32,000 nt of DNA from assembly GCF_900105015.1 (NCBI RefSeq), contig NZ_FNLK01000005.1, forward strand, positions 300,001-332,000. Direction: 5' to 3'. Positions 23,819 through 32,000 of the stretch are shown here, one piece after another. A program made the position numbers and the translations under genes. Under the pieces are notes generated by a model. The model made no database searches, was not told the DNA's origin, and worked only from the letters and a program-made list of their open reading frames with translations. Positions within the stretch are counted from its first letter, which is position 1, and every line of letters begins with the position of its first letter. This DNA is from Schaalia meyeri (lineage in GTDB: Bacteria > Actinomycetota > Actinomycetes > Actinomycetales > Actinomycetaceae).

Positions 23819-24307
23819 TTAGCCCCGAAGCTCCGCAATAATCCCATCGGTCCACTGGTCGACTGCATCCCAATCGCGGAAGTCGCCCTCAACCACGCCG
23901 GCAAGGCGCGCCACCGATCGCTCACGAAGAGACAGCAATGACGGCTTATACCGCCCCGGAAACCTGTGCAGATCGCGGCAATTAACGTGCGTCAGGAGCG
24001 GGCCGACACGGGTGGGATCCTGCGGCGCGTGCTTAGGAACCCCGTCCATGCCGACAGAGAAGGCCCACACCTGCTTGGCCTGCAGCTCATCCTTGAAACG
24101 CTCCATGAAATCGTGGGCTTCCGGCATCCACTGAAGAATGTACACAGCCGAGCCGACGATCACCGCGTCATAGGGTTCAACTGTGTCCACGTCATTGGGC
24201 GCTATGCGGTCAACCGTAAAGACGGCCCCTTCGAAGCGCCGTGCGATGGCATCGGCAACCTCATTCGTCGCCCCGTGCTTTGATGCTGCAGTTACAAGGA
24301 TGTGCAT
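23819..24307 (-). CDS. Flavodoxin-domain protein (Flavodoxin_5 / HemG-like)
   Basis: Met36 of the track ORF gives MHILVTAASKHGATNEVADAIARRF...YDAVIVGSAVY. This is the classic flavodoxin-like beta1/P-loop-like start plus the second strand motif, and the size (162 aa) fits. The upstream 35 codons overlap the pheT end and look non-coding. Confidence 0.7.
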   Translation of the reverse strand: MHILVTAASKHGATNEVADAIARRFEGAVFTVDRIAPNDVDTVEPYDAVIVGSAVYILQWMPEAHDFMERFKDELQAKQVWAFSVGMDGVPKHAPQDPTRVGPLLTHVNCRDLHRFPGRYKPSLLSLRERSVARLAGVVEGDFRDWDAVDQWTDGIIAELRG

Positions 24308-24408
24308 AACCCCATGGTAGAGCGAAGGCCGGTCGAAACCACGCACGCAACACCCCAATGAGTGGGGTGCCACACGTGAGATTCGACCGCCCATACGCGC
24401 ACGGCCTG

Positions 24409-27057
24409 TCAAGCGCGCAACGATGCCCCGAGAACCTTGGCGGCCTTGTCCACTACCTGTGTGCGGACCTTAGCAGCCTCCTTCGCGGTGAGAGTGTGGT
24501 CCGCTGCGCGCAGACGCAGCGCAAAGGCAAGCGATCGATAGCCTTCGGGCACCTGATCTCCCTCGTAGATATCAAAAAGGGTCACGGACTCCGTCAACGC
24601 TCCGGCGCCCTGACGCACGATCTGTTCAACGCGGGACGCCGGAATGTCACAGGGCACGACGAGCGCAATGTCCTCCTTGGCGAGCGGGAAGGTGGATACC
24701 CTCTTAACCTGGATCGGCTGGGCAGACATCTGGGAAATCAGCGCATCCATGTCGATCTCGAACGCACACGAGCGCGCCGGGAGCCCAAACTCCCGACAGG
24801 CGACCGGCGAGAGCTCGCCCGCGAGGGCGACGTCAATCAGCTCTCGACCCGCGCGCACGAACACGCGCGCGACACGTCCGGGGTGGAAGGGCGCAACACG
24901 AGCCGGATCCGTGGCGGGAGTCGGCATCGGAGCGCCCTTGTGTGACGCAACGGTATCCACCCAGGCTCGCGTCACCTCGACACGCACACCCAGGCCGGAC
25001 GCGACCTCGCGAACGTAGTCGAGCGCGTCGGCCCAATCGAATGCGCGCGCCTGAGACAAAACACCAGCCGCAACCGCCCGGCCGGTCAGAACGCCGCCAA
25101 CATGCCACGGCTGAGCAGGGATCCCCGCCTCAAGCGCGGCGAGAACAGCGTCCCCGGGACGGTGCTCGGCGCCGGGCAGATCAGCAGGAACCGTCCCGCA
25201 GGGCTTGGCGACCTTCGCGATCTCGAAGATGGCCACGTCCGCGTTCGAGCGGGACACGTTGCGCCCCGCGACGTCCAACAGGGTGTCGAGCACCGAGGTG
25301 CGAAGCCACGGCGTATCGTCTGCCATTGGGTTGCGCAGGCGCAGGGCCTGCCGCCGCGAATCATCCGCCGGAATTCCCTGGCGGTCCCAGGTGTCGGACA
25401 CGAAGGGGTAAGACTTCACCTCAACGAGGCCACCATCGGCCAGGGCCGTCGCCGCGAGGCGACGCGCCTTCTGGGCGAGCGTGAGCCCGCGACCGGCAGG
25501 GGCGGTCGGCAAGACGACCGGAATGTTGTCGTAACCGTCGAGCCGAGCGACCTCTTCGACCAGGTCAGCTGCCAGCGTCAAATCAGGCCGCCACGACGGC
25601 GGAGTCACGGCGAACACACCGTCAACGGGTTCCTCGACGGTGCAGCCAACGGCGCGCAGAAGCTCCGCGACACGTTCGGGGGTGTACTCGGCTCCGGTCA
25701 GACGCTCGGCCTCAGTGACCGGCAGCGTAATCTGGGCCACGCATCCGCGCTGATCCTCGTCCGTCACGCCCGGATGGACGGTGCCACCCCCGTATTGGAC
25801 GAGCAGCTCCACGGCGCGCTGCGCGGCGATGGCGGGCAGCGCCGGATCGGTACCGCGCTCGAAGCGCTTCGATGCCTCGGAATGCAGCTTATGCCGTCGC
25901 GCGCTGCGCGCGACGGAGACCGCATCAAAGTGGGCGGCCTCAAACAAAACGTCGGTGGTGCTCTCCCCCACCTCGGAGTACGCCCCGCCCATGACACCGG
26001 CGATGCCGATGACGCGCGAGGCATCGCCGCTGGGAGAGTCCGTGATCAGCAAGTCCTGAACGTCCAGCTCGCGCGGCTCCTCATCCAGGGTCACCAGGGT
26101 CTCGCCGACGCGAGCGCGACGAACGACGATCGGGGCGGACAGCGCACCTAAGTCATAGGCGTGCATCGGCTGACCGAGATCCAGCATCACGTAGTTCGTG
26201 ATGTCAACGGGCAGGGACACCGAACGCATTCCGGCGGCCTCGAGACGCTCAACCATCCACCGCGGGGTGGGCGCCCCCGGGTTCGTCCCGCTAACGACGC
26301 GGGTAACAAAACGGTCGACGCCGAGGTGGCCGCGAATAGGCGCGTCGTCAGCGAACACGACCGGGAAGCCATCGCCGTTAGCACTCGGTGGACACTGCGC
26401 TATGACACCCGCGTCACCCGGATCCCGGAAGGAAGCTCCCGTCGAGTGCGAGTACTCCCTGGCAATACCGCGCATCGAGAAGCAGTAGCCGCGGTCGGGA
26501 GTCACGTTGATCTCCAGGATTTCCTCGCCCAGACCGAGCCAGGAGACGATATCCGTGCCGACGGGCGGAATCTCTCGGTCAGGGAAAAACCGCGGCAGGA
26601 CAATGATTCCCGAGTGGTCCTCACCCAGACCGAGCTCACGCGCGGAGCAAATCATCCCGTCCGAGACATGCCCATACGTCTTTCGAGCGGCGATCTGGAA
26701 ATCCCCCGGCAAAACGGCGCCGGGCAGCGAGACGACGACCAGGTCATCAACGTCAAAGTTGTGGGCGCCGCAGATGATTCCGCGGCTGGGCAGAGCCGAC
26801 GGTTCCTTGCCGGTTCCGGGCGCGTCGTTATGGTCACCAACATCGACGCGACAGTAGTTGACGACCTTGCCGTTGGAGGCTGTTTCCTCCGTGCGTGTCA
26901 AGACGCGGCCAACCACGAGTGGGCCGGTCACCCGGGCGGGGTGGATCTTTTCTTCTTCCAGGCCGACCTTGACCAGTGCCGCGGCCAGGGCACGAGCATC
27001 CGTCCCCTCGGCGATATCCACGTGGTCGGCCAGCCAGCTCAGCGGGACCATAGGCAT
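24409..27057 (-). CDS. pheT: Phenylalanine--tRNA ligase beta subunit
   Basis: N-terminus MPMVPLSWLADHVDI plus a tRNA-binding domain, B3/4, B5 and the C-terminal anticodon-binding FDX-ACB (FDIYEGDQVPEGYRSLAFALRLRA). I chose Met7 of the track ORF, so the gene starts 1 nt after the pheS stop (27059-27061). Confidence 0.95.
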   Translation of the reverse strand: MPMVPLSWLADHVDIAEGTDARALAAALVKVGLEEEKIHPARVTGPLVVGRVLTRTEETASNGKVVNYCRVDVGDHNDAPGTGKEPSALPSRGIICGAHNFDVDDLVVVSLPGAVLPGDFQIAARKTYGHVSDGMICSARELGLGEDHSGIIVLPRFFPDREIPPVGTDIVSWLGLGEEILEINVTPDRGYCFSMRGIAREYSHSTGASFRDPGDAGVIAQCPPSANGDGFPVVFADDAPIRGHLGVDRFVTRVVSGTNPGAPTPRWMVERLEAAGMRSVSLPVDITNYVMLDLGQPMHAYDLGALSAPIVVRRARVGETLVTLDEEPRELDVQDLLITDSPSGDASRVIGIAGVMGGAYSEVGESTTDVLFEAAHFDAVSVARSARRHKLHSEASKRFERGTDPALPAIAAQRAVELLVQYGGGTVHPGVTDEDQRGCVAQITLPVTEAERLTGAEYTPERVAELLRAVGCTVEEPVDGVFAVTPPSWRPDLTLAADLVEEVARLDGYDNIPVVLPTAPAGRGLTLAQKARRLAATALADGGLVEVKSYPFVSDTWDRQGIPADDSRRQALRLRNPMADDTPWLRTSVLDTLLDVAGRNVSRSNADVAIFEIAKVAKPCGTVPADLPGAEHRPGDAVLAALEAGIPAQPWHVGGVLTGRAVAAGVLSQARAFDWADALDYVREVASGLGVRVEVTRAWVDTVASHKGAPMPTPATDPARVAPFHPGRVARVFVRAGRELIDVALAGELSPVACREFGLPARSCAFEIDMDALISQMSAQPIQVKRVSTFPLAKEDIALVVPCDIPASRVEQIVRQGAGALTESVTLFDIYEGDQVPEGYRSLAFALRLRAADHTLTAKEAAKVRTQVVDKAAKVLGASLRA

Positions 27058-27058
27058 G

Positions 27059-28144
27059 TCAGTTACCCCTTCCATTGCGTCCGAACTGCTGAGAGAAACG
27101 CACGTCCCCCTCGACGATGTCGTGCATGTCTGAAATGCCGTGGCGAAGCATCAGCGTGCGCTCGATCCCCATCCCGAAAGCGAAGCCCGAATAAACCTCA
27201 GAATCGATGCCGTTGGCACGCAGGACGTTCGGATTCACCATGCCGCAGCCGCCCCACTCGATCCAACCCGGACCGCCTTTCTTCTGGGGGAACCACAGAT
27301 CCATCTCCGCGCTGGGTTCGGTGAAAGGGAAGTAGGACGGACGCAGGCGCGTTTTTGCCTCGGGGCCGAACATAGCCCTGGCGAAATGATCCAGCACTCC
27401 CTTCAGGTGAGCCATCGTCAGCCCTTCATCCACCGCAAGCCCCTCAACCTGATGGAAGACGGGCGTGTGGGTGGCGTCCAGAGCGTCGGAGCGAAACACC
27501 TTTCCAGGGCACGCAACGTAAAGCGGCACCCCGCGGGAGAGCATCGCGTGAGACTGGACGGGAGAGGTGTGCGTACGCATCACGAGGTGCGCCCCGTCCT
27601 CTCGGTCGGCCCCGACGCTGCGCCCATCGATGTACAGGGTGTCCTGCATCTGACGCGCCGGGTGATCGATGTCGAAGTTCAGCGAATCAAAGTTGAACCA
27701 CTCGTGCTCGATCTCCGGGCCTTCGGCGATATCCCATCCCATGCCGACGAAAAAGTCCGCGACTTCTTCCATCAGCGTCTCGAGGGGGTGTCGCGCACCC
27801 AGCGGGCGTCGGCGTGTCGGAAGCGTCACGTCGACTGATTCCTCGACCAGCATGCGAGCCTCATGGGCCGCGGCGAGGACCTCCTTGCGCTGTTCGAGAG
27901 CTTCAGTCAGCACCTTGCGAGCCTGCCCGAGGCTCTTGCCCGCGATACCGCGCTTGGCCGGCTCTAGCGCCCCGATCCTACGGTTCGCGCTCACTAGTGG
28001 GGCTTGATCTCCAAAAAGCGAGGCTCGAACAGCCCGGAGGGCTTCCAACGAGTCAGCTGCTTCAATATCAACCAGGCCCCGACTGCGAACGGCGTCAACT
28101 GCGGCCTGGTCAAGAGGATCAAGGTCAGGGGCACTGCCAGCCAT
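27059..28144 (-). CDS. pheS: Phenylalanine--tRNA ligase alpha subunit
   Basis: The C-terminal 361 aa of track ORF 27059..28540 carry class II motifs ([49 protein letters not shown]). The start is Met133 ([10 protein letters not shown]), codon 28142-28144, preceded by gaaggaagcagg. Confidence 0.95.
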   Translation of the reverse strand: MAGSAPDLDPLDQAAVDAVRSRGLVDIEAADSLEALRAVRASLFGDQAPLVSANRRIGALEPAKRGIAGKSLGQARKVLTEALEQRKEVLAAAHEARMLVEESVDVTLPTRRRPLGARHPLETLMEEVADFFVGMGWDIAEGPEIEHEWFNFDSLNFDIDHPARQMQDTLYIDGRSVGADREDGAHLVMRTHTSPVQSHAMLSRGVPLYVACPGKVFRSDALDATHTPVFHQVEGLAVDEGLTMAHLKGVLDHFARAMFGPEAKTRLRPSYFPFTEPSAEMDLWFPQKKGGPGWIEWGGCGMVNPNVLRANGIDSEVYSGFAFGMGIERTLMLRHGISDMHDIVEGDVRFSQQFGRNGRGN

Positions 28145-28312
28145 GTCCTGCTTCCTTCTTCTGTCCAACTGGGTTGTCCGCGCAGAAATCACGCGCACCG
28201 CCCCCATCCTACCCGTTCGTGCTTCCTCACAGCTCACCGGGTCTGCAGCCGCGCTACCCTGTAAGGCGTGAATACGCTGCTGCGCCAACCGCCATCTCAC
28301 CAAAGGAACCCC

Positions 28313-29173
28313 ATGTCTCACGTCACACAACCCGAAGACGGGGCCACGGCCTCGTCCCCGCTGCCCTCCCCCCTGTCCGCCAAGCGCGTACGCGTCCAGC
28401 ACATCGCGCGCGCGAAAGCCGAGGGCATCCCCCTCACGATGCTCACCGCGTACGATTCGCTCACCGCGCCGATTCTCGAGGCCGCAGGCGTCGACATGCT
28501 GTTGATCGGTGATTCTCTCGGCAACGTCATGCTTGGGCACAGCTCCACCCTGCCCGTCACTCTCGAGGACATGGAGCGCGCAACTGCATCCGTCGCACGC
28601 TCCACCTCACGAGTGATGATTGTCGCCGACCTGCCGTTCGGCACCTACGAAGACTCAGCCGAGCACGCTTTCGCCTCCGCAGCGCGTCTGATGAAGGCCG
28701 GGGCGCACGCCGTCAAGCTAGAGGGAGGAACGAAACGAGCACACATCATTGAGGCGCTGACCGCAGCCGGTATCCCCGTGTGCGCTCACCTCGGATACAC
28801 CCCCCAGTCGGAGAACAGCCTCGGCGGGCCGCGCATGCAAGGCAGAGGCGATGGAGCCGACACGCTGCGACGCGATGCCGAGGCCATCGAAGCCGCCGGA
28901 GCCTTCGCTGTGGTCCTCGAAATGGTGCCGGCAACCCTCGCGAAGGAAATTACGAGCGCGGCGCGGATCCCCACCATCGGTATCGGTGCTGGCCCCCACA
29001 CAGACGGTCAGGTACTGGTCTGGTCCGACATGGCCGGATACTCCGACTGGGTCCCCTCATTCGTCCACAAGTTCGGCCAGCTCGGCCCCGCCCTTAAAGA
29101 GGCTGCCAGCGACTACGTTGCCGCCGTGCGCACCCGCAGTTTCCCGGGCCCCGACAACTACAAGAACGACTAG
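28313..29173 (+). CDS. panB: 3-methyl-2-oxobutanoate hydroxymethyltransferase
   Basis: [36 protein letters not shown] ... VKLEGG ... IGIGAG are typical PanB blocks. The start is the second ATG ([10 protein letters not shown]), preceded by aaaggaa. Confidence 0.9.
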   Translation: MSHVTQPEDGATASSPLPSPLSAKRVRVQHIARAKAEGIPLTMLTAYDSLTAPILEAAGVDMLLIGDSLGNVMLGHSSTLPVTLEDMERATASVARSTSRVMIVADLPFGTYEDSAEHAFASAARLMKAGAHAVKLEGGTKRAHIIEALTAAGIPVCAHLGYTPQSENSLGGPRMQGRGDGADTLRRDAEAIEAAGAFAVVLEMVPATLAKEITSAARIPTIGIGAGPHTDGQVLVWSDMAGYSDWVPSFVHKFGQLGPALKEAASDYVAAVRTRSFPGPDNYKND

Positions 29174-29189
29174 GCAGGACAATAAACCG

Positions 29190-30074
29190 ATGGAAGCATC
29201 GCCGCTCGCGCGCCGCGCACCGCTGGGAACCCTCACCCCCGGACGCGTCTCCCCCATGCGCGCCGTTCCCGAGCATATCGAACGCCCGGAGTACATGTTC
29301 CACGACGGCCCGGAGCGCGTGAGCGCATCGGATGTCAAGTCCCCTGAAACAATTGCGAAAATACGCGAATCCGGACGTATCGCCGCCGGAGCGATTAATG
29401 CCGTGGCCGCAGCCATCGCTCCCGGAGTAACGACGGACGAACTCGACCGCATCGGCCACGAGTACATCATCGCTCACGACGCCTATCCTTCGTGCCTCGG
29501 CTACATGGGATTCCCCAAAGCTATCTGTTCCTCCGTCAACGAGGTCATCTGCCACGGCATCCCCGACGACCGCCCCCTGGAAGATGGCGACATTATCAAC
29601 ATCGACATCACCGCGTACAAAGACGGCGTCCACGGCGATACCTGCGCCATGTTCGAGGTCGGAAGCGTCGATGCGGAGTCGCGCCTGCTCATCGAACGTA
29701 CCAAGAACGCGATGATGCGCGGAATCAAGGCCGTGCGCCCGGGACGCGAAATCAACGTCATCGGGCGCGTCATTGAGGCGTACGCGAAGCGTTTCGACTA
29801 CGGGGTCGTGCGCGACTACACCGGGCACGGCGTCGGCGAAGCCTTCCACTCGGGCCTGATCATTCCCCATTACGACGCGGCCCCGAACTACGACACGGTG
29901 TTGGAACCGGGCATGGTCTTTACGATTGAACCCATGCTGACCCTGGGCACAGCGAATTGGGAACAATGGGACGACGATTGGACCGTTGTCACCGCCGACC
30001 GTTCGCGCACCGCTCAGTTCGAACACACAATCGTCGTCACCGAAGAAGGGGCAGAGATCCTCACCCTCGCCTGA
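29190..30074 (+). CDS. map: Type I methionine aminopeptidase (actinobacterial type Ic with N-terminal extension)
   Basis: Met114 of track ORF 28851..30074. LTPGRVSPMRAVPEHIERPEY aligns with the M. tuberculosis MapB N-terminus as I recall it. Metal ligands are in context (NEVICHGIPD, DIINIDITAY, HGDT, GHGVG, FTIEPM, QFEHT). Confidence 0.92.
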   Translation: MEASPLARRAPLGTLTPGRVSPMRAVPEHIERPEYMFHDGPERVSASDVKSPETIAKIRESGRIAAGAINAVAAAIAPGVTTDELDRIGHEYIIAHDAYPSCLGYMGFPKAICSSVNEVICHGIPDDRPLEDGDIINIDITAYKDGVHGDTCAMFEVGSVDAESRLLIERTKNAMMRGIKAVRPGREINVIGRVIEAYAKRFDYGVVRDYTGHGVGEAFHSGLIIPHYDAAPNYDTVLEPGMVFTIEPMLTLGTANWEQWDDDWTVVTADRSRTAQFEHTIVVTEEGAEILTLA

Positions 30075-30085
30075 TCGCGTCGCAC

Positions 30086-30124
30086 GCAACCCGCTTCCGA
30101 CTCTCACAGCCCGAAGCGGGTTGC
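30086..30124 (+). terminator. Hairpin after map
   Basis: gcaacccgcttc (30086-30097) and gaagcgggttgc (30113-30124) form a perfect 12-bp stem with a 15-nt loop, 12 nt after the map TGA. There is no U-tract. Confidence 0.5.
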
Positions 30125-30213
30125 GCCACAGTCGGTGGCATCCCCTATACTTCAGGTAAGTCGGGCATCAGGGGCCCGCATACAACAGCACATACATCAC
30201 CCAAGGAGGGGTC

Positions 30214-30966
30214 ATGGCTCAGGTCGCTTGCGGCATCGATATCGGAGGATCGGGCGTCAAAGGTGCGCTGGTCGATCTGGAATCCGGCCAGTACATCGGG
30301 GATCAGATTCGCATTCCCACTCCTGACCCGGCAACCCCCGAAGCCGTGGCGGACGTGTGTCGTGCCGTCATCGACCAGCTCGACGTGAAGCCCGAAGTGC
30401 CGATCGGCGTGACCTTTCCGGCTCCGGTTTTTGACGGCGTTATCCCCTACATGGCCAACCTTGACCAGTCGTGGGTTGACGTGGATGTGCGCGCCCTCAT
30501 GGAACGCCACCTGGGTCGCCCGGTCGTCCCCCTCAACGATGCGGATGCCGCGGGTATGGCCGAGGTCGCCTACGGCGCGGCCAAGGGCCACGATGGCGTC
30601 ATCGTCTTCACCACGCAGGGCACGGGCATCGGTTCCGCGATTATCGTCAACGGTACCCTGCTGACCAACACCGAACTGGGTCACCTCGAAATCGATGGGC
30701 ACGACGCCGAGAAGATGGCCTCCTCCGGGCAAAAGACTGTGCAGGGCCTGAACTGGGACCAGTGGGCACAGCGCCTCCAACGCTACTACAGCCACGTCGA
30801 ATTCTTGCTCAATCCCGACCTGTTCGTCGTCGGCGGTGGCGTCTCGGAAAACCACGAGAAATTCATGCCTCTCCTGTCGCTGAAGACCCCCATGATCCCG
30901 GCGAAGCTGCTCAATACAGCGGGCATCGTCGGCGCCGCCTACTATGCGGCGCACGGGCGCGCGTGA
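30214..30966 (+). CDS. ppgK: Polyphosphate/ATP glucokinase, ROK family
   Basis: 250 aa. ACGIDIGGSGVKGALVDL (ROK/ASKHA phosphate-1), NDADAAGMAE and ELGHLEIDG match actinobacterial PpgK. A strong RBS (aaggagg) sits upstream. Confidence 0.85.
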   Translation: MAQVACGIDIGGSGVKGALVDLESGQYIGDQIRIPTPDPATPEAVADVCRAVIDQLDVKPEVPIGVTFPAPVFDGVIPYMANLDQSWVDVDVRALMERHLGRPVVPLNDADAAGMAEVAYGAAKGHDGVIVFTTQGTGIGSAIIVNGTLLTNTELGHLEIDGHDAEKMASSGQKTVQGLNWDQWAQRLQRYYSHVEFLLNPDLFVVGGGVSENHEKFMPLLSLKTPMIPAKLLNTAGIVGAAYYAAHGRA

Positions 30967-30982
30967 ACTGGCGCTAGAAAGC

Positions 30983-31014
30983 AGAAGGACCCCGACTCAC
31001 ATCGGGGTCCTTCT
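30983..31014. terminator. Shared (bidirectional) hairpin between convergent ppgK and rnpB
   Basis: agaaggaccccga (30983-30995) and tcggggtccttct (31002-31014) form a perfect 13-bp stem with loop ctcaca. On the minus strand it is followed by gcuuucu. It abuts the RNase P RNA 3' end. Confidence 0.7.
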
Positions 31015-31015
31015 C

Positions 31016-31382
31016 GGATCTGTCGACCTGTACGCCGGGTTCTGTCCCCCAGGCCGTTACCGGCACTAGGGTGGCGACCATCTATCTAGGACCGCCGTTG
31101 CCGACGGCCTCCAGCAACCTACCCGCAGGCATCGGACGGGCCGCCCTGCCTGCTGCTCGGTCTTGCTCCGGGTGGGGTTTACCTAGCCGACGCGGTCACC
31201 CACGCCGCTGGTGAGCTCTTACCTCACCTTTTCACCCTTACCGCCACTGTCCGTGGAGGTGGTTTCTTTTCTGTGGCACTGTCCCGCGGGTTACCCCGGG
31301 TGGCTGTTAGCCATCACCCTGCCCTGCGGAGCCCGGACGTTCCTCGAGCGTTTCCGCGCGCGGCCGCCCGGCCGACCGATCC
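31016..31382 (-). ncRNA. rnpB: RNase P RNA, bacterial type A
   Basis: The reverse complement reads GGATCGGTCGGCCGGGCGGCCGCGCGCGGAAACGCTCGAGGAACGTCCGGGCTCCGCAGGGCAGGGTGATGGCTAACAGCCACCCGGGG...GGTAAGGGTGAAAAGGTGAGGTAAGAGCTCACCAG...ACAGAACCCGGCGTACAGGTCGACAGATCC. The universally conserved GAGGAA(A/C)GTCCGGGCTCC and ACAGAACCCGGC blocks are present. The 5' GGATCGGTCG pairs with the 3' CGACAGATCC (P1). Confidence 0.92.
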
Positions 31383-31764
31383 TCCACAATTCTAGCGCCC
31401 GCAGTCGGTGGCGCGATAGGGGTGTGTGCACGCTGGTCTGGTTGCCCCGGGAACGCGCTCGCACCCCGGCTGTTCACCGGTCCTTCTTGCAGCCATCGAG
31501 TTATGTGCGCCGAAGCCTGCCATCAGATCACCGTCGATGCACGTTCAGAGCCGTACCTGCTGCCTGCAAGGTTCCCTGGGCACGCGCGTGCGAGCTGTGC
31601 GTCGAACGGTTGAAATAATTGTGGCAACGAGAAGCCGACGAAGCGCGGCGGATCAACTCGCACAGTTACATTGGTCACGAACTGATAGGTACGCTATTCT
31701 TTTTCCGGAACCTGCAGGGTGCAGGCCGGGCCGAGAAATCGGCCACGAAGCGGAAACCTGAGGC

Positions 31765-32000
31765 ATGATCAACGAAGACTATCTGGCCAACATTCGACCC
31801 ACCCATCGCCAGCTTGAGTGGCAAAAGATGGAGATGTACGCGTTCATCCATTTCGGCATGAACACGATGACCGACCGCGAGTGGGGCGAGGGCCACGAGG
31901 ATCCGGCCCTCTTCAACCCGGATAGCGTTGACGTTGATCAGTGGATGCGAGCCCTCGTCAGCGCCGGCATGACCGGCGTGATTTTAACCTGCAAACACCA
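31765..32000 (+). CDS. GH29 alpha-L-fucosidase, N-terminal fragment (runs off the right edge)
   Basis: Not in the ORF track (no stop within the window). My translation is [78 protein letters not shown]. The Q..W...[18 protein letters not shown]...P..FNP...D..QW......AG....ILT.KHHDGF pattern is the GH29 N-terminus as I remember it. Confidence 0.75.
   Translation, partial: MINEDYLANIRPTHRQLEWQKMEMYAFIHFGMNTMTDREWGEGHEDPALFNPDSVDVDQWMRALVSAGMTGVILTCKH

Noticed and set aside
28145-28312. T-box or leader-peptide attenuator upstream of pheS, and likewise upstream of tyrS at 18926-18995
   Set aside because: I saw no T-box conserved sequence (AAUUAGGGUGGUACCGCG-like), no specifier-loop architecture and no Phe-rich or Tyr-rich leader ORF. 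The tyrS upstream gap is only 70 nt.
30129-31412. Shared 11-mer cagtcggtggc at 30129-30139 and 31402-31412, each followed by cccctat / atagggg in opposite orientation, bracketing ppgK-rnpB
   Set aside because: Exact 11-mers are expected by chance many times in 32 kb of biased-composition DNA. There is no extended similarity around them.

Overview
This is a high-GC actinobacterial chromosome segment. The 16S/23S sequence and gene order look Actinomycetaceae-like (Schaalia/Actinomyces group), but that is my recollection, not a search. Nearly everything from 1 to 28144 is on the minus strand. In coordinate order it holds: sufD (5' fragment), sufB, sufR, a NUDIX hydrolase, and a seven-gene operon with overlapping stop/start codons. 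That operon runs, in transcription order, RG-repeat/helical/HAD-IIA fusion, small ORF, tlyA, nadK, recN, steA, MctB/SteB-like. Next come a complete rrn operon (16S-23S-5S, no tRNA in the spacer), tyrS, argH, a Wzy_C/O-antigen-ligase-like membrane protein, argG, argR, a flavodoxin-like protein, pheT and pheS. From 28313 the plus strand carries panB, map and ppgK. These are followed by RNase P RNA (minus) and the 5' end of a GH29 alpha-L-fucosidase. I saw no mobile elements, CRISPR arrays or tRNA genes. The window is mostly core housekeeping, and I did not find a convincing multi-gene novel system. The items most worth a second look are: (1) a 2.9-copy, near-perfect 156-bp tandem repeat encoding an Arg/Asp/Gly-rich head on a HAD phosphatase fusion just downstream of the rrn operon; (2) a Wzy_C-like membrane protein wedged between argG and argH; (3) an arg cluster lacking argCJBDF, with an AT-rich ARG-box/TATAAT island suggesting a leaderless, autoregulated argR; (4) rrn spacers with extreme, sign-switching GT/AC strand skew. 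CDS coordinates come from the ORF track with starts refined by homology and RBS. Hand-indexed RNA, hairpin and motif coordinates may be off by about 3 nt.
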